The notes under the pieces: model-generated | Database searches by the model: none | Told to the model about the DNA's origin: nothing | Seen by the model: only the letters and a program-made list of their open reading frames with translations | Part shown: one piece after another, positions 28,384-39,098 of the stretch | Layout of the letters: every line of letters starts with the position of its first letter | Numbering within the stretch: the first letter of the stretch is position 1 | Translations under genes and position numbers: made by a program | Source: an uncultured Alphaproteobacteria bacterium | Lineage (GTDB): Bacteria > Pseudomonadota > Alphaproteobacteria > RF32 > CAG-239 | Direction of reading: 5' to 3' | Assembly: GCA_944391335.1 (NCBI GenBank) | Contig: CALXTF010000003.1 | Span: 4,323 to 68,322 of the forward strand | DNA length: 64,000 bases

Positions 28384-29715
28384 TTATTGTTTGACGATAA
28401 TGCCGCTTAATGAATTTTGTGTGGCATCGGTTATTTTTATGGGTAAAATTTGATTGAGAGTATCTATCGGTGCTTGAACGTGTATATTTTGCATATAAGG
28501 TGTACGACCAAACATTTGTTCTTTTTTTCTTCCTTTACTTTCAAAAAGTACAGGCATAATTTTGCCAATACAGTTTTTATTAAAAGTTAATTGCATGGAA
28601 AATAATTTTTCTTGTAAAATATTTAAACGTTGTGTTTTTATTTTTTCCGGAATTTGATTAGGAAAAACAGCGGCTGGTGTTCCTGCCCGCCGACTGTATT
28701 TAAAAGAAAATGATTGAATATAACCTACTTTATCAATCATATTGAGAGTTTGTTCAAAATCATCATCTGTTTCACCGGGAAAACCGACGATAAAATCTGA
28801 AGAAAAACCAAGATCCGGTTTGGCTGTCCGCAGTTTGTCAATAATTTCTAAATACCGGCCGGCTGTATGTCTTCGGTTCATAGCCTTAAGGATTTTATCA
28901 GATCCGGATTGTAAAGGAAGATGTAAATAAGGCATTAAAATATCTATTTCTTTATGACAGGAAATTAAATCATCGGTTACATCGGCGGGATATGATGTTG
29001 TATAACGTAAACGTTTTAAACCATCAATTTCCGCTAAACGGCGTAATAAATAGGCAAAATCACGTTCCTTGCCATAAGCATCTTCACCATGATATGAATT
29101 CACGTTTTGACCAAGAAGATTAATTTCCAATGTTCCTGTTTTAACAAGTCTTTGTGCTTCTTTTAACACATCTTCAACCGGTCTTGATGTTTCAACTCCG
29201 CGCGTGTAAGGAACAATACAATAGGTGCAAAAATTGTTGCAGCCTTCTTGTACTGCCAAAAAAGAACATACGCCATGAGAATGGTTTTCCGGTAAGAAAT
29301 CAAATTTACTTTCGGCAGGGAAATCTGTATCAATAACGCATAAATTTTTATGCCGAGCTATTTTTTGTAATATTTCCGGCAAGCGGTAATAGGTGAGGGG
29401 ACCGGTGGCAAAATTTATATATGGAACACGTTTTGTAATTTCTTCATCTTCGGCTTGAACAACACAGCCGACGACACCGATAATTGTTTCTTTTCCTTGT
29501 TGTTTTCTCTCCTCTTTTATAAGGTTAATCCGACCAAGATCGGAGAAAAGCTTTTCCGCCGCTTTTTCACGAATATGGCAGGTGTTGAAAATAATTAAAT
29601 CAGCCTCTATGGGCGTCTGAGCCGCTTGATAACCCATATTTTGTAAAATATCGGCAATGCGCTGTGAATCATATACATTCATCTGACAGCCAAATGTTTT
29701 AATATAATATTGCAC
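28384..29715 (-). CDS. miaB: tRNA 2-methylthio-N6-isopentenyladenosine synthase (radical SAM)
   Basis: TFGCQMNVYDS, NTCHIRE, GCNNFCTYC, TRAM domain; GTG start. Confidence 0.95.
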   Translation of the reverse strand: MQYYIKTFGCQMNVYDSQRIADILQNMGYQAAQTPIEADLIIFNTCHIREKAAEKLFSDLGRINLIKEERKQQGKETIIGVVGCVVQAEDEEITKRVPYINFATGPLTYYRLPEILQKIARHKNLCVIDTDFPAESKFDFLPENHSHGVCSFLAVQEGCNNFCTYCIVPYTRGVETSRPVEDVLKEAQRLVKTGTLEINLLGQNVNSYHGEDAYGKERDFAYLLRRLAEIDGLKRLRYTTSYPADVTDDLISCHKEIDILMPYLHLPLQSGSDKILKAMNRRHTAGRYLEIIDKLRTAKPDLGFSSDFIVGFPGETDDDFEQTLNMIDKVGYIQSFSFKYSRRAGTPAAVFPNQIPEKIKTQRLNILQEKLFSMQLTFNKNCIGKIMPVLFESKGRKKEQMFGRTPYMQNIHVQAPIDTLNQILPIKITDATQNSLSGIIVKQ

Positions 29716-29879
29716 GGTTTCTCCATTCTTTTAATAAACAAAAATATGTTATCTTTTTATCCTTTATTTTTCAACTGTTTTTTGTTCTAATGATTTAATT
29801 TAATAAATTTGTTTTTTTGTTGCTAAAATAAAAGTTGTTTGTTAACATCTAAAACGAAATAATTAATTAAATAAGGAGA

Positions 29880-30323
29880 ATGTTTATGGATGCCTATTTA
29901 GAAGAAATGCTTAAAATGAGTGAGGATAATCGAATTGCTTATTTAAAAGCTTTTGCAAAGTTAGCTTGTACCGATGGTGGATTTGATGAAAAAGAAAAAC
30001 AATTTATTAAAAAATTAGCAACAACATATCAAATCTCGGAAAATAGGATCGATGAAATATTTAATTGTGGTTCTGGTGAAGAAATTATTGAAAAAGTAAA
30101 AAAAATAGATAATCGTAAAATCGCATTGGGTTTAATTAAAGAATTATGTATCCTTGCTCACGCAGATGATACCCTTTCCGATGAAGAAACATTGTTTATA
30201 GGACGTGTCGGTCAAGCGATGGGGATCGAACTTGATAAAATCGAACAAATTAGTAATTGGGTTATTGATAAAATTATTCTGGCAGAAGAAGCAAAAATTA
30301 TTTTTGAAGATATCAAAAGTTAA
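29880..30323 (+). CDS. TerB-like protein
   Basis: Two LA.xDG/D.....E helical units (LACTDGGFDEKE, LAHADDTLSDEE); RBS aaggag. Confidence 0.7.
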   Translation: MFMDAYLEEMLKMSEDNRIAYLKAFAKLACTDGGFDEKEKQFIKKLATTYQISENRIDEIFNCGSGEEIIEKVKKIDNRKIALGLIKELCILAHADDTLSDEETLFIGRVGQAMGIELDKIEQISNWVIDKIILAEEAKIIFEDIKS

Positions 30324-30352
30324 AGAATAACCTTGTCTTGGGAGCTTTAATC

Positions 30353-31453
30353 ATGCCTAACTTAAATAATAAAACAAACAACAGATTAGAACAATTGCGC
30401 CAAATGCAAATCAGCCGCTGTGATAAACTCGAAAATTCTAAAACAATTATCATGAAAGCTGTTGAAAAAAAATATCCCGATGTTACTCACTCCGAAGCAG
30501 AAAAAATAACTCGTGAATTGGTGCTGGCTCCTAAAAATTCAAGTATTAAAATCGGCGATAATGACGTTCCTGTTGCAGATTTATCTTTTCAAATAGCCTT
30601 GACAATAGAGTCCCTCGGTGCGGAAACTTCATCTGAAGGAGAGTATTTTCAATGGTTTACTGAATCAGAAGAAATCATTCGAAATATGAACGATGGTTTT
30701 GTTTCCGAAGAAGATTTAAACGAAAAAAATGAGTGGATTAAAGATTCTTATGGTCGTGAAGCTGAAATTATGATTTGTCTCGGCTTGTTTCAAAATAGTC
30801 AGTTTCCTGAAGCTAAAAAGCATTATAACAACCTTTATAATAAATTGGTCAAGTTACGTCAAATACGAAGCAGTATTAAAGAAACAACCGCTAATAAAAC
30901 AGATGAAGTAAAACAAGTCAATATGACAGAAAAAGAAAAATCATATAAAAAAGCTGTGGTCTATGTTGCTGCACTGCGTGAATTTATAAAACAACAACCA
31001 CGTTGGAATATGCCTCGCCGTACACTACAGAAACTAAATGTTGATCATGGTGATGATGACGACTTACTGGATGACTATGATGATTTTTATAGCTTTTATG
31101 AAAATGATGATTTGCGTTTTGATGCCGAACAAGAAAAACTTTATCAAGATGAATTAGATGCACAGTTTAATCCTCTTTTCCATTTTGATGATAAATTAAA
31201 AGAAGATATCCTTTTCCATTGGGATGATGATAATGTACAAACATTTGAGCATAGTATGGCAGAAGAATTTATACAAGAGTCTTATTCTATTCCTGCAAAA
31301 GAAAATATTGAAGATATTCGCGAACGTATTGCCAGACTTTCCGGACGAAGACCTCCAATTAAAGAACATCCATTGAGTTATGATATGGATCGTGCAAAGG
31401 CTTTTGATGGAATATATTATCGTTCATTAACAGAAAATAGGCAAAACGCATAA
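30353..31453 (+). CDS. hypothetical protein with an acidic region
   Basis: Long ORF; ATG 30353 follows ggag. Confidence 0.6.
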   Translation: MPNLNNKTNNRLEQLRQMQISRCDKLENSKTIIMKAVEKKYPDVTHSEAEKITRELVLAPKNSSIKIGDNDVPVADLSFQIALTIESLGAETSSEGEYFQWFTESEEIIRNMNDGFVSEEDLNEKNEWIKDSYGREAEIMICLGLFQNSQFPEAKKHYNNLYNKLVKLRQIRSSIKETTANKTDEVKQVNMTEKEKSYKKAVVYVAALREFIKQQPRWNMPRRTLQKLNVDHGDDDDLLDDYDDFYSFYENDDLRFDAEQEKLYQDELDAQFNPLFHFDDKLKEDILFHWDDDNVQTFEHSMAEEFIQESYSIPAKENIEDIRERIARLSGRRPPIKEHPLSYDMDRAKAFDGIYYRSLTENRQNA

Positions 31454-31522
31454 AATAACTGGACATATTAATAAAAATTAGTTAAATTAAAATGACAATT
31501 ATAACTTTAAGGAGTTTATTAA

Positions 31523-31825
31523 ATGGGTGCTATATTTGAACCGTTCGTTTGGATGTTGAGTGTTATTGTCAATATCTATTTTGCCGTTGTCTTGGCTGAA
31601 GTCGTTATTCACTGGTTAATTCATTTCAAAATAGTTGATACAAAAAATGCTTATATAGCTAAAATTGTAGAAATATTAACCAGATTAACGGCACCGGTCT
31701 ATAAAAAAATTGCTGAAAAAGTACCGCCTTTTTCGGGTATTGATTTTTCACCTTTTATTTTGTTATTAGCTTTGTTGTTTATTGGTCGTATCCTTTATAG
31801 ACTTGATGTTATGCTAATGATGTAA
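31523..31825 (+). CDS. yggT: YggT-family membrane protein
   Basis: LT.PVY.KI...PPFSGIDFSP; lies in yggT-yggU-folD order. Confidence 0.85.
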   Translation: MGAIFEPFVWMLSVIVNIYFAVVLAEVVIHWLIHFKIVDTKNAYIAKIVEILTRLTAPVYKKIAEKVPPFSGIDFSPFILLLALLFIGRILYRLDVMLMM

Positions 31826-31846
31826 ATAAAAACTAAAAAATAATTG

Positions 31847-31873
31847 GGGCAGCATTCTGCTGCCCGTTTTTTT
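31847..31873 (+). terminator. rho-independent terminator after yggT
   Basis: GGGCAGCA-ttc-TGCTGCCC followed by a T-run. Confidence 0.7.
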
Positions 31874-31885
31874 GTAAAAAGAAAA

Positions 31886-32212
31886 ATGTTTTTTGAAAAA
31901 AATGAAAATTCAATCCTGTTAAGCGTTAAATTAACCCCAAAAGCTGCAAACGCTGCAATTAAAGGAACTACCCTTGATGATAAAGAAAATGAATTTTTAA
32001 AAATTTCTGTTGTCAGTCCTCCGGAAAAAGGTCGTGCAAATGAGGAATTAATTAAAATAATTGCTCAAAAACTAAATATTACAAAATCATCAATTAAAAT
32101 TGTCAGTGGTGAGGCTTCGCGTTATAAAAAATTAAAGATTATCGAGGTATCAGAAACTACCTGCCATCAATTAGAAGAATGGAGAAATGAATTTGACAGC
32201 AAAAATTATTGA
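31886..32212 (+). CDS. DUF167/YggU-family protein
   Basis: VKLTPKA, PPEKGRANEEL, IVSGEASRYK; start moved to ATG 31886, past the terminator. Confidence 0.85.
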   Translation: MFFEKNENSILLSVKLTPKAANAAIKGTTLDDKENEFLKISVVSPPEKGRANEELIKIIAQKLNITKSSIKIVSGEASRYKKLKIIEVSETTCHQLEEWRNEFDSKNY

Positions 32213-33047
32213 CGGTAAAGCCATGGCTTTGGATATACGCCAAAAATTGGCGGAAAAAATCACTTCTTGTTGTGATAAACCTTATTTAGCCGTTATTCTT
32301 GTCGGTGATGACCCTGCTAGCCTTGTGTATGATCGAAATAAGCAAAAAGCAGCTCTGTCTATGGGAATGAAATGCGATATTTATCACCTGGAAAAACATA
32401 CCTCTGAAGATGAATTAATTAAACTTATTCACAAATTGAATCTTGATGATCATGTCAATGGTATTCTCGTACAAATGCCTTTACCTAATCATATAAATCC
32501 TTTGCATGTTATTGAAACAATAGCTCATGAAAAAGATGTCGATGGTTTCGGGCCATATAACGCAGGATTGTTGCATGAAAATGATACACGCGCCATGGTA
32601 GCGGCTACACCAAAGGGAATTTTATATATCTTAGAAAAAGAACTTGGAAATTTAACGGGAAAACATGCTGTGATTATCGGTCGTTCAAATATTGTCGGAC
32701 GTCCGCTTGCTTCTTTACTGTTAAACCATAATTGTACTGTAACAATTACTCATAGTAAAACGGTTAATTTGCCCAAAATAACAAGACAAGCCGATATCCT
32801 TATTGTCGCTTGCGGTTGTCCAAAAATGGTCAAAAAAGAATGGGTGAAAAAAGGTGCTGTTGTTATCGATGTCGGTATTAATCGAGTGGATGGAAAATTA
32901 TGTGGCGATGTCGATTTCGATGATGTCAAAAAACAAGCTTCACTAATTACTCCCGTTCCAGGCGGAATTGGTCCCATGACCATAGCAATGCTCTTGGAAA
33001 ATACATATACGGCATATCTAAACCAAAAAAACAAGATTAAAAAATAA
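32187..33047 (+). CDS. folD: methylenetetrahydrofolate dehydrogenase/cyclohydrolase
   Basis: KDVDG, GRSNIVG, VIDVGINR, TPVPGGIGPMT. Confidence 0.96.
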   Translation: MNLTAKIIDGKAMALDIRQKLAEKITSCCDKPYLAVILVGDDPASLVYDRNKQKAALSMGMKCDIYHLEKHTSEDELIKLIHKLNLDDHVNGILVQMPLPNHINPLHVIETIAHEKDVDGFGPYNAGLLHENDTRAMVAATPKGILYILEKELGNLTGKHAVIIGRSNIVGRPLASLLLNHNCTVTITHSKTVNLPKITRQADILIVACGCPKMVKKEWVKKGAVVIDVGINRVDGKLCGDVDFDDVKKQASLITPVPGGIGPMTIAMLLENTYTAYLNQKNKIKK

Positions 33048-33099
33048 TTTATTGTGATTATATTTAACTCCATAACATATTGATGGAGGAAATATAACC

Positions 33100-33726
33100 A
33101 TGGAACAATCAAATCGCATTTTTATGATTGATAATATTTATCAAACAGATAAACATTGGCGTCATATCCTTGAAAATCATGGTTATGAAGTTTTTGAAAC
33201 AAATAATGCCTATCAATTAATACGTTATGCTGATGAGCTTAAACCTCATCTTTATATAATGGATAATAATGCGGAAGATGTTGATATAAAACAGATATTA
33301 CAATATCTTGGTAAATATCATTATTTGGAATATGCTCCCGCCGTTGTTTTAAATAATGAACACAAACAACTTGTAACCAATAGTGCGGCTCATTATATTT
33401 CTTCAAAGGAAAGTGAAAGTCGGCTCTTGGAAATAGCTGATGTTTATTGCCGCGGTGGAACAAATTATTATATGTTGATGCTTGAAAATTATTCTCCTTT
33501 TTCTAAAGAAGCTTTTAAAGAAACTAATGAATTTAATGTTTCTTATTTTCAAGTTTATAATCCCAGTAGTGCAAAAATTTTTTTACAACATAATTTTCCT
33601 CAAGTCCTAATGATACATTGCCTTTTCAACGATTATGATAAAATTCGTAAACAAATTGGTTTTAAAAATACTTTTTTTGTGGAAAATCACGATAATGTTG
33701 AAAATTTAATTTCTTTTTTGAATTGA
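33100..33726 (+). CDS. degenerate receiver (REC)-like domain protein
   Basis: IFMID...LENHGYEV...PHLYIMD pattern; lacks the conserved Lys-Pro. Confidence 0.5.
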   Translation: MEQSNRIFMIDNIYQTDKHWRHILENHGYEVFETNNAYQLIRYADELKPHLYIMDNNAEDVDIKQILQYLGKYHYLEYAPAVVLNNEHKQLVTNSAAHYISSKESESRLLEIADVYCRGGTNYYMLMLENYSPFSKEAFKETNEFNVSYFQVYNPSSAKIFLQHNFPQVLMIHCLFNDYDKIRKQIGFKNTFFVENHDNVENLISFLN

Positions 33727-33769
33727 TTCATGTTATAAATGTGCCTGTAATATCAGGAAGGAACGATAT

Positions 33770-34354
33770 ATGAAAATTTTGCATAAAATGTATAATTGGT
33801 TAATTAACGCAGCTTCTGGACAATATGCCATGTTTGTCTTGTTTGCTGTTTCTTTTACCGAAAGTTCTTTTTTTCCAATTCCACCGGATGTTATGCTTAT
33901 TCCTATGGTTCTTGCCGCTCGCGATCGTGCTTGGGTTATTGCCGGTGTGGCAACAACTGCAAGTGTTATGGGAGGGTATTTCGGTTATGCGATCGGTTAT
34001 TATGGATATGATTTAATTGCAAAACCGATTTTAGAATTTTATGGGTATATTCATCAGTTTGATGTTTTTAAAGGATATTACCATCAATGGGGTGCTTGGA
34101 TTGTTTTTGGGGCAGGCTTAACACCTTTTCCTTATAAAGTTGTAACAATAGCAAGTGGCGCAGTACATTTAAATTTATGGGTGTTTGGAGCCGCATCAAT
34201 TATAGCTCGCGGTATGCGTTTTTTCTTGGTCGCGTGGCTGCTTAAAAAATATGGTTTGCCTATCAGAACATTTATTGAAAAAAACTTAGGGATTTTAACA
34301 ATAATATTTCTATTGCTTTTATTGGGTGGTTTTGCTTTAATTAAATATGTATAG
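33770..34354 (+). CDS. YqaA/DedA-family membrane protein
   Basis: SFTESSFFPIPPD, GLTPFPYKV, RGMRFF. Confidence 0.9.
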   Translation: MKILHKMYNWLINAASGQYAMFVLFAVSFTESSFFPIPPDVMLIPMVLAARDRAWVIAGVATTASVMGGYFGYAIGYYGYDLIAKPILEFYGYIHQFDVFKGYYHQWGAWIVFGAGLTPFPYKVVTIASGAVHLNLWVFGAASIIARGMRFFLVAWLLKKYGLPIRTFIEKNLGILTIIFLLLLLGGFALIKYV

Positions 34355-34383
34355 CAAACAACGTACAGAGTAAAAGTAATTTT

Positions 34384-34602
34384 TTATTCTTTATGACGGA
34401 AAGTGATTCTTCCTTTAGTTAAATCATAAGGTGTCATTTCAATATCAACTTTATCTCCGACCATTACGCGAATGCGGAATTTTCTCATTTTTCCAGCTGT
34501 ATGAGCTAAAATTTCTACATCGTTTTCTAATTTTACTCTAAACATGGCATTAGGTAGTTTTTCAATAACCGTGCCTGTAAGTTCCAGCAATTCCTCTTTC
34601 AT
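34384..34602 (-). CDS. infA: translation initiation factor IF-1
   Basis: [28 protein letters not shown]. Confidence 0.97.
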   Translation of the reverse strand: MKEELLELTGTVIEKLPNAMFRVKLENDVEILAHTAGKMRKFRIRVMVGDKVDIEMTPYDLTKGRITFRHKE

Positions 34603-34764
34603 AAATTATTACCTCATTATTTTTTTTTGATTAGTGTATAAACCTTAATTTTTATTTTGGCAAATTATTTTTTTCATCAATAGGTATTTTTATTGATAAA
34701 ATTAAAAAGAAGATAGAAAAATGATTTTAATTTTGGATAAAATAAGAAATTATTTTATGATAAT

Positions 34765-36582
34765 TTAATCATTTTTTTTTGCTTTTATTTCTTTTTTTTC
34801 TAATTGAGTAATTTGTTCATTTATTTTATTTTTATCAAAAGGTTGAATAAGAGGAGATTTCAATCCCTGTTTGATTTTTTCTTCTGTTGTTTGCCGATTA
34901 AATTCACCGCTGTGATCTTTTAAATTTAGAGCGTGATTCCATTGAAAACGAGCTTCGCGTTTACGTCCCACTTGCCAATAAGCATCGCCGAGGTGATCGC
35001 AAATAACGGCTTCAGATGGAGCAAGGTTAGAAGCCTTTTCCAAGTATTCGACGGCTTTATCGTAATAACCTAATTGATAAAAAGCCCATCCTATGCTATC
35101 AGTAACACTTCCGTCATCAATGGTCGGATTATATGCAGATATAATTAAATCAAAAGCTTCTTCTATATTTTTGTTTTGCAAGAGGAGAATATATCCGAGA
35201 TGGTTTTGTGTTATTTTGTTAGGTTTAATTTTTAAGACTTTGCGTAAATAATCTTCTGCTTTGGCATTATCTCCGGCGGAACTGTATGATAGTCCAATAG
35301 CAAAATATAAGGGCCAAATATCGGCAATATCATTTTGAGGATAATAGTCTATGGCTTGTTGGTAGAAGTATATGGCATCTTGATAGCGTCCGTTAATACG
35401 GGCAATTTCGCCTAGATTTGTAAGGATATCAGGATTAGGAGGATATATATCATAAAGTTTTTTAAATATTTTTTCAGCTTGATCGTTTTTTCCCAAACGA
35501 ATTAAATTTTTTGCGGTATGAAAGAGAGCGTTATAATATGCGTAACTATCAGTAGAGATATTGGCATAAGTTTTGTTAGCTTGTTCGTAAAGTTCACGTT
35601 CTTCTAGGATTGTTGCGATAAGCAGTTGAGGCAGAGGATAATCCGGAGAACAATAAGAAGCTAAAGAAGCAAAAAGAATAGCGAGATCATCATTATTATC
35701 ATCTTGGTGTATAATTACGGCAATATTAAATAATCCGTCAGCTAATCCAATTTCTGGAGATTGAAGAATAGGTTGTACATTAGTATTTGATTTTTTTATA
35801 TTATCAATGATTGTTTTCATCATTAGATTATCTTTATTAATCGCGAAACTTGCGGCTCGCAGAGCTTTATCAGGTTCTCCCTGTCGTAAATAAAAATTAG
35901 CGATGACTTGTAAAGAAAAAATGGGTAATTCCATATTATTGAGCTGCATAAGGGATGTATAATGCTGTTGAGCTTCTGTTGTATTACCGAGATAATCGTT
36001 AATTGCTCCGGCATGGAAAATATAAAAAGGAAGCAAGGTTGAGTTTTTAGTGAGAGGAAGAAGGGCTTTAACAGCATTTTCCTGATCGTTAAGAGCAGCA
36101 TAAGTCCATGCAGAGATGAGGGGACTAAAGAAATTTTTTGCAGCAGGAAAATCGGATTTATTAATAACCTCAATAGCTTCTTGGTATTTTCCGTTTTTAA
36201 TTAGGTTGATAGCCTTGATTGTGTATATAAAAGGACTTTTATCTCCTTGATTATAAGCAAGATCAGCATATTTTACCGCTTCATCAATTCTTCCTTGAGA
36301 TGTTAATATAATATAAAGCTGACTTGGCAGCATTTGTTTATCAGGAGCATAAGGGACAGATTGTTTATAATAATCGGCGGCGGTATTAAGATCGTGGCGG
36401 AGAATAGCAATACGACCGGCAAGATAACTTCCATAATTATGATAGTTATTATCATCATCATCATTTATTTTTGTTTGTGCGATATTTTCATTAATATCTT
36501 GCTGAGGCATAAAACAAGCGCAAGAATTGGCAACAATAATGCCGATAAAAATAGATAGAAGATAAGCGGCTTTTTCAATCAC
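34765..36582 (-). CDS. exported TPR protein
   Basis: GSYLAGR, multiple TPRs, DSIGW..YQLG, DHLGDAYWQVGRKREARFQW. Confidence 0.85.
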   Translation of the reverse strand: MIEKAAYLLSIFIGIIVANSCACFMPQQDINENIAQTKINDDDDNNYHNYGSYLAGRIAILRHDLNTAADYYKQSVPYAPDKQMLPSQLYIILTSQGRIDEAVKYADLAYNQGDKSPFIYTIKAINLIKNGKYQEAIEVINKSDFPAAKNFFSPLISAWTYAALNDQENAVKALLPLTKNSTLLPFYIFHAGAINDYLGNTTEAQQHYTSLMQLNNMELPIFSLQVIANFYLRQGEPDKALRAASFAINKDNLMMKTIIDNIKKSNTNVQPILQSPEIGLADGLFNIAVIIHQDDNNDDLAILFASLASYCSPDYPLPQLLIATILEERELYEQANKTYANISTDSYAYYNALFHTAKNLIRLGKNDQAEKIFKKLYDIYPPNPDILTNLGEIARINGRYQDAIYFYQQAIDYYPQNDIADIWPLYFAIGLSYSSAGDNAKAEDYLRKVLKIKPNKITQNHLGYILLLQNKNIEEAFDLIISAYNPTIDDGSVTDSIGWAFYQLGYYDKAVEYLEKASNLAPSEAVICDHLGDAYWQVGRKREARFQWNHALNLKDHSGEFNRQTTEEKIKQGLKSPLIQPFDKNKINEQITQLEKKEIKAKKND

Positions 36583-36684
36583 TATAAATTACTCCGTATT
36601 AATTTAATTGATTATATTTTATATTTATCTTAATCTTTTTTATCTTACAACATAAATATAATAATATGAAGATAAAATAATTAT

Positions 36685-37494
36685 TTGTTTGCAAAAGAAC
36701 AGAGATCGTCATACGATATGAACATGATGAATGAAAAAGAGTTGTTAGAATGGTATATCATGTCAGGAGTTGACGCCTTTGTAAGCGATACTTCTGGGTG
36801 TGTTCAAGAGAATCGTGGTATATTAAATGAAGAAGTTGTTTATAGTGACATACAACGTCCAGCCATGACGGATTTGGCGCAAATGAGCGTTAAAGCCTGT
36901 AAGAATGCATATGAAACAGCGGCTGGTGCGTCCACTCTTGAAGAATTGAGAAAAGTTGTTGAAAATTTTGAAGGTTGTTCATTGAAAATGACGGCTAACA
37001 AAACGGTTTTTGGCGGAGGAAATCCCTTATCAAAAATTTTAATAGTAGGTGAGGCGCCCGGAGCTGATGAAGATAGAATCGGGGAACCTTTTGTTGGTCG
37101 AAGCGGTCATTTATTGGATAAAATGCTTGCCGCAATTGGATTAAACCGACAAACGGTATATATTACCAATGTTTTACCCTGGCGTCCCCCCGGAAACAGA
37201 ACGCCGACAAATGCTGAAGTTGCTGTTTGTTTACCTTTTCTTAAGCGTCAAATTGAGTTAATATCACCCAAAATTATCTTGGTTCTTGGAAGTAGTGCCG
37301 CTAATAGTCTGCTTGACAATGAAGAACCCATATCTCGATTAAGAGGTAAATGGTTTCAATATTGTGTTTGTGCGGAACAAACGATTGATCTTATGGCAAG
37401 TTTTCATCCGGCCTATTTGTTAAGAAATCCGGCTCAAAAAAGCAAAGTTTGGATTGATTTGTTACGCCTATTAAAAAAAATGGAGAATAATTAG
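36685..37494 (+). CDS. uracil-DNA glycosylase family 4
   Basis: [35 protein letters not shown]; true start is probably an ATG at about 36718-36727. Confidence 0.9.
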   Translation: MFAKEQRSSYDMNMMNEKELLEWYIMSGVDAFVSDTSGCVQENRGILNEEVVYSDIQRPAMTDLAQMSVKACKNAYETAAGASTLEELRKVVENFEGCSLKMTANKTVFGGGNPLSKILIVGEAPGADEDRIGEPFVGRSGHLLDKMLAAIGLNRQTVYITNVLPWRPPGNRTPTNAEVAVCLPFLKRQIELISPKIILVLGSSAANSLLDNEEPISRLRGKWFQYCVCAEQTIDLMASFHPAYLLRNPAQKSKVWIDLLRLLKKMENN

Positions 37495-37578
37495 CTTTTT
37501 ATTCATATTTTGTTGGTAAAATAAAAAAAATGAATTATTATTCAAGAGATGATGTAAATAACTTTTAAGGAAAGCAAC

Positions 37579-38361
37579 ATGAGTATTAGTAAAAAAGTTT
37601 TTAGTTTGGCTCTCGGAACGCTGCTTGTAACCAGTGTTAGTCCCGTTTATGCTCAACGAGCCGTAAATAACGCAGCTAACAAAGCAAATCAAACTGCAAA
37701 AACGGTAACACATGATGAAGCAGATAAAACAGAGGAAGTATTATTTAAAATTCATAATATTGTACCGGTGAAAAATAGTGAAAATGAAGTCGTGGCGTGC
37801 GATTTTGATACGACTTTTTATAACCGATCTCCATATAACATTAAAGAAGCTTCTCTTGAGTTGAAATGGAAAGATACTTCTATTGAAGATGTCATCGAAA
37901 ATGAAAAAGCGGAAAATAAAGAAAATAAGCGAAATACCGGACGTTCTTATTCCGAAACGCAAAGACGCACTTCCGAAGATATTAGTGTGGTTATAGATGT
38001 ACCTGCGGTTAATAATTATAAACAAGTTACCGTAAACAACCGTATTAATACGGATCGTTGTTTCTTACTGATAGAAAATGTTGATTTTTCTGTTTCAAAT
38101 TGTTTTGCAGAAAATCTAGCCGGCTCTAGCGGTCGTACGACACGTCGTAATAACAGGAGCAGTGCTTGCAGTCGACTCTTTAAATATGTTTCGCCGGAAG
38201 ATGCTCAATATTATCTTGAATTTAAAGAAATAACTCCGGAAGAGGAAAATACTCGGGAAGAGGCTGAAAAACAAGCATCTAAAAAAGAGACCAATGATAT
38301 TTATACCAAAACGGTTAATTCCTTAAATTCTGCAAGCAGCACTATTATGACCATTAAATAA
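37579..38361 (+). CDS. exported hypothetical protein with a 4-Cys domain
   Basis: Signal peptide (VYA|Q); resembles the next ORF. Confidence 0.7.
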   Translation: MSISKKVFSLALGTLLVTSVSPVYAQRAVNNAANKANQTAKTVTHDEADKTEEVLFKIHNIVPVKNSENEVVACDFDTTFYNRSPYNIKEASLELKWKDTSIEDVIENEKAENKENKRNTGRSYSETQRRTSEDISVVIDVPAVNNYKQVTVNNRINTDRCFLLIENVDFSVSNCFAENLAGSSGRTTRRNNRSSACSRLFKYVSPEDAQYYLEFKEITPEEENTREEAEKQASKKETNDIYTKTVNSLNSASSTIMTIK

Positions 38362-38382
38362 TGGTATATAGGAGAAAAGCTA

Positions 38383-39078
38383 ATGAAAAAAACTTTTCCT
38401 TTACTCCTGTTAGCGGCAATTGTAAATATTTTATGGTTGTCTTCTGTCCATGCCCAGTATTTTGGAACGCAAACGAACTCAACAGCGGCTAATAACCAAA
38501 ATCCACAGGCGACTGGTAATAATGAGCAATCGTCTGTGGTTAATAAGATAAAAGATGATGAAAAATATTCTGCGGTTGAACAAGTATCCTCTCAAGAAAA
38601 CGAAGGACCGCAGAAACAAGAAGTTCGTTCTCCTTTTGATTATGAACAATCACAGGGTAAAAAAGCCGATCAAAAAAATCAACAGCCTCAAAAACGATAT
38701 ACAACTGTTGGCGGAATTACTGTGGAAACAGATGATGAAGATGATGATGATCAATTAATTCTTCTTTATATGAAGAATTATAGTGTGTATAACAGTCCTT
38801 CCGGTAGAACGCGTTGTAGTATGAGATTTGCTGTTGCGACAACGTTAAAGGAAAAACTTTCTAATATCAGCTACCGTTTAAAATGGAAAGATATGGAAAC
38901 AGTATTAAGTTTCAGCAGTGTTCCTCCGGGAGTAGAGAATTATTTTGATTATGAGTTGCTAGGCGATGGTTGTTATAATATGGATAAACGTCCGAACATA
39001 GTTGTAAACCGTTGTCGTGTTAAGGGTTTAACACAACAAGAATGTGCCAATAAGATTCGTTGGATTACCCCAAAATGA
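38383..39078 (+). CDS. exported hypothetical protein with a 4-Cys domain
   Basis: Signal peptide (VHA|Q), RBS ggag; resembles the previous ORF. Confidence 0.7.
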   Translation: MKKTFPLLLLAAIVNILWLSSVHAQYFGTQTNSTAANNQNPQATGNNEQSSVVNKIKDDEKYSAVEQVSSQENEGPQKQEVRSPFDYEQSQGKKADQKNQQPQKRYTTVGGITVETDDEDDDDQLILLYMKNYSVYNSPSGRTRCSMRFAVATTLKEKLSNISYRLKWKDMETVLSFSSVPPGVENYFDYELLGDGCYNMDKRPNIVVNRCRVKGLTQQECANKIRWITPK

Positions 39079-39098
39079 AAAACATATAGAGAATAAAA

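Noticed and set aside
31844-31885. Extended TTG start for the DUF167 gene
   Set aside because: The extension runs through a terminator hairpin; ATG 31886 fits better
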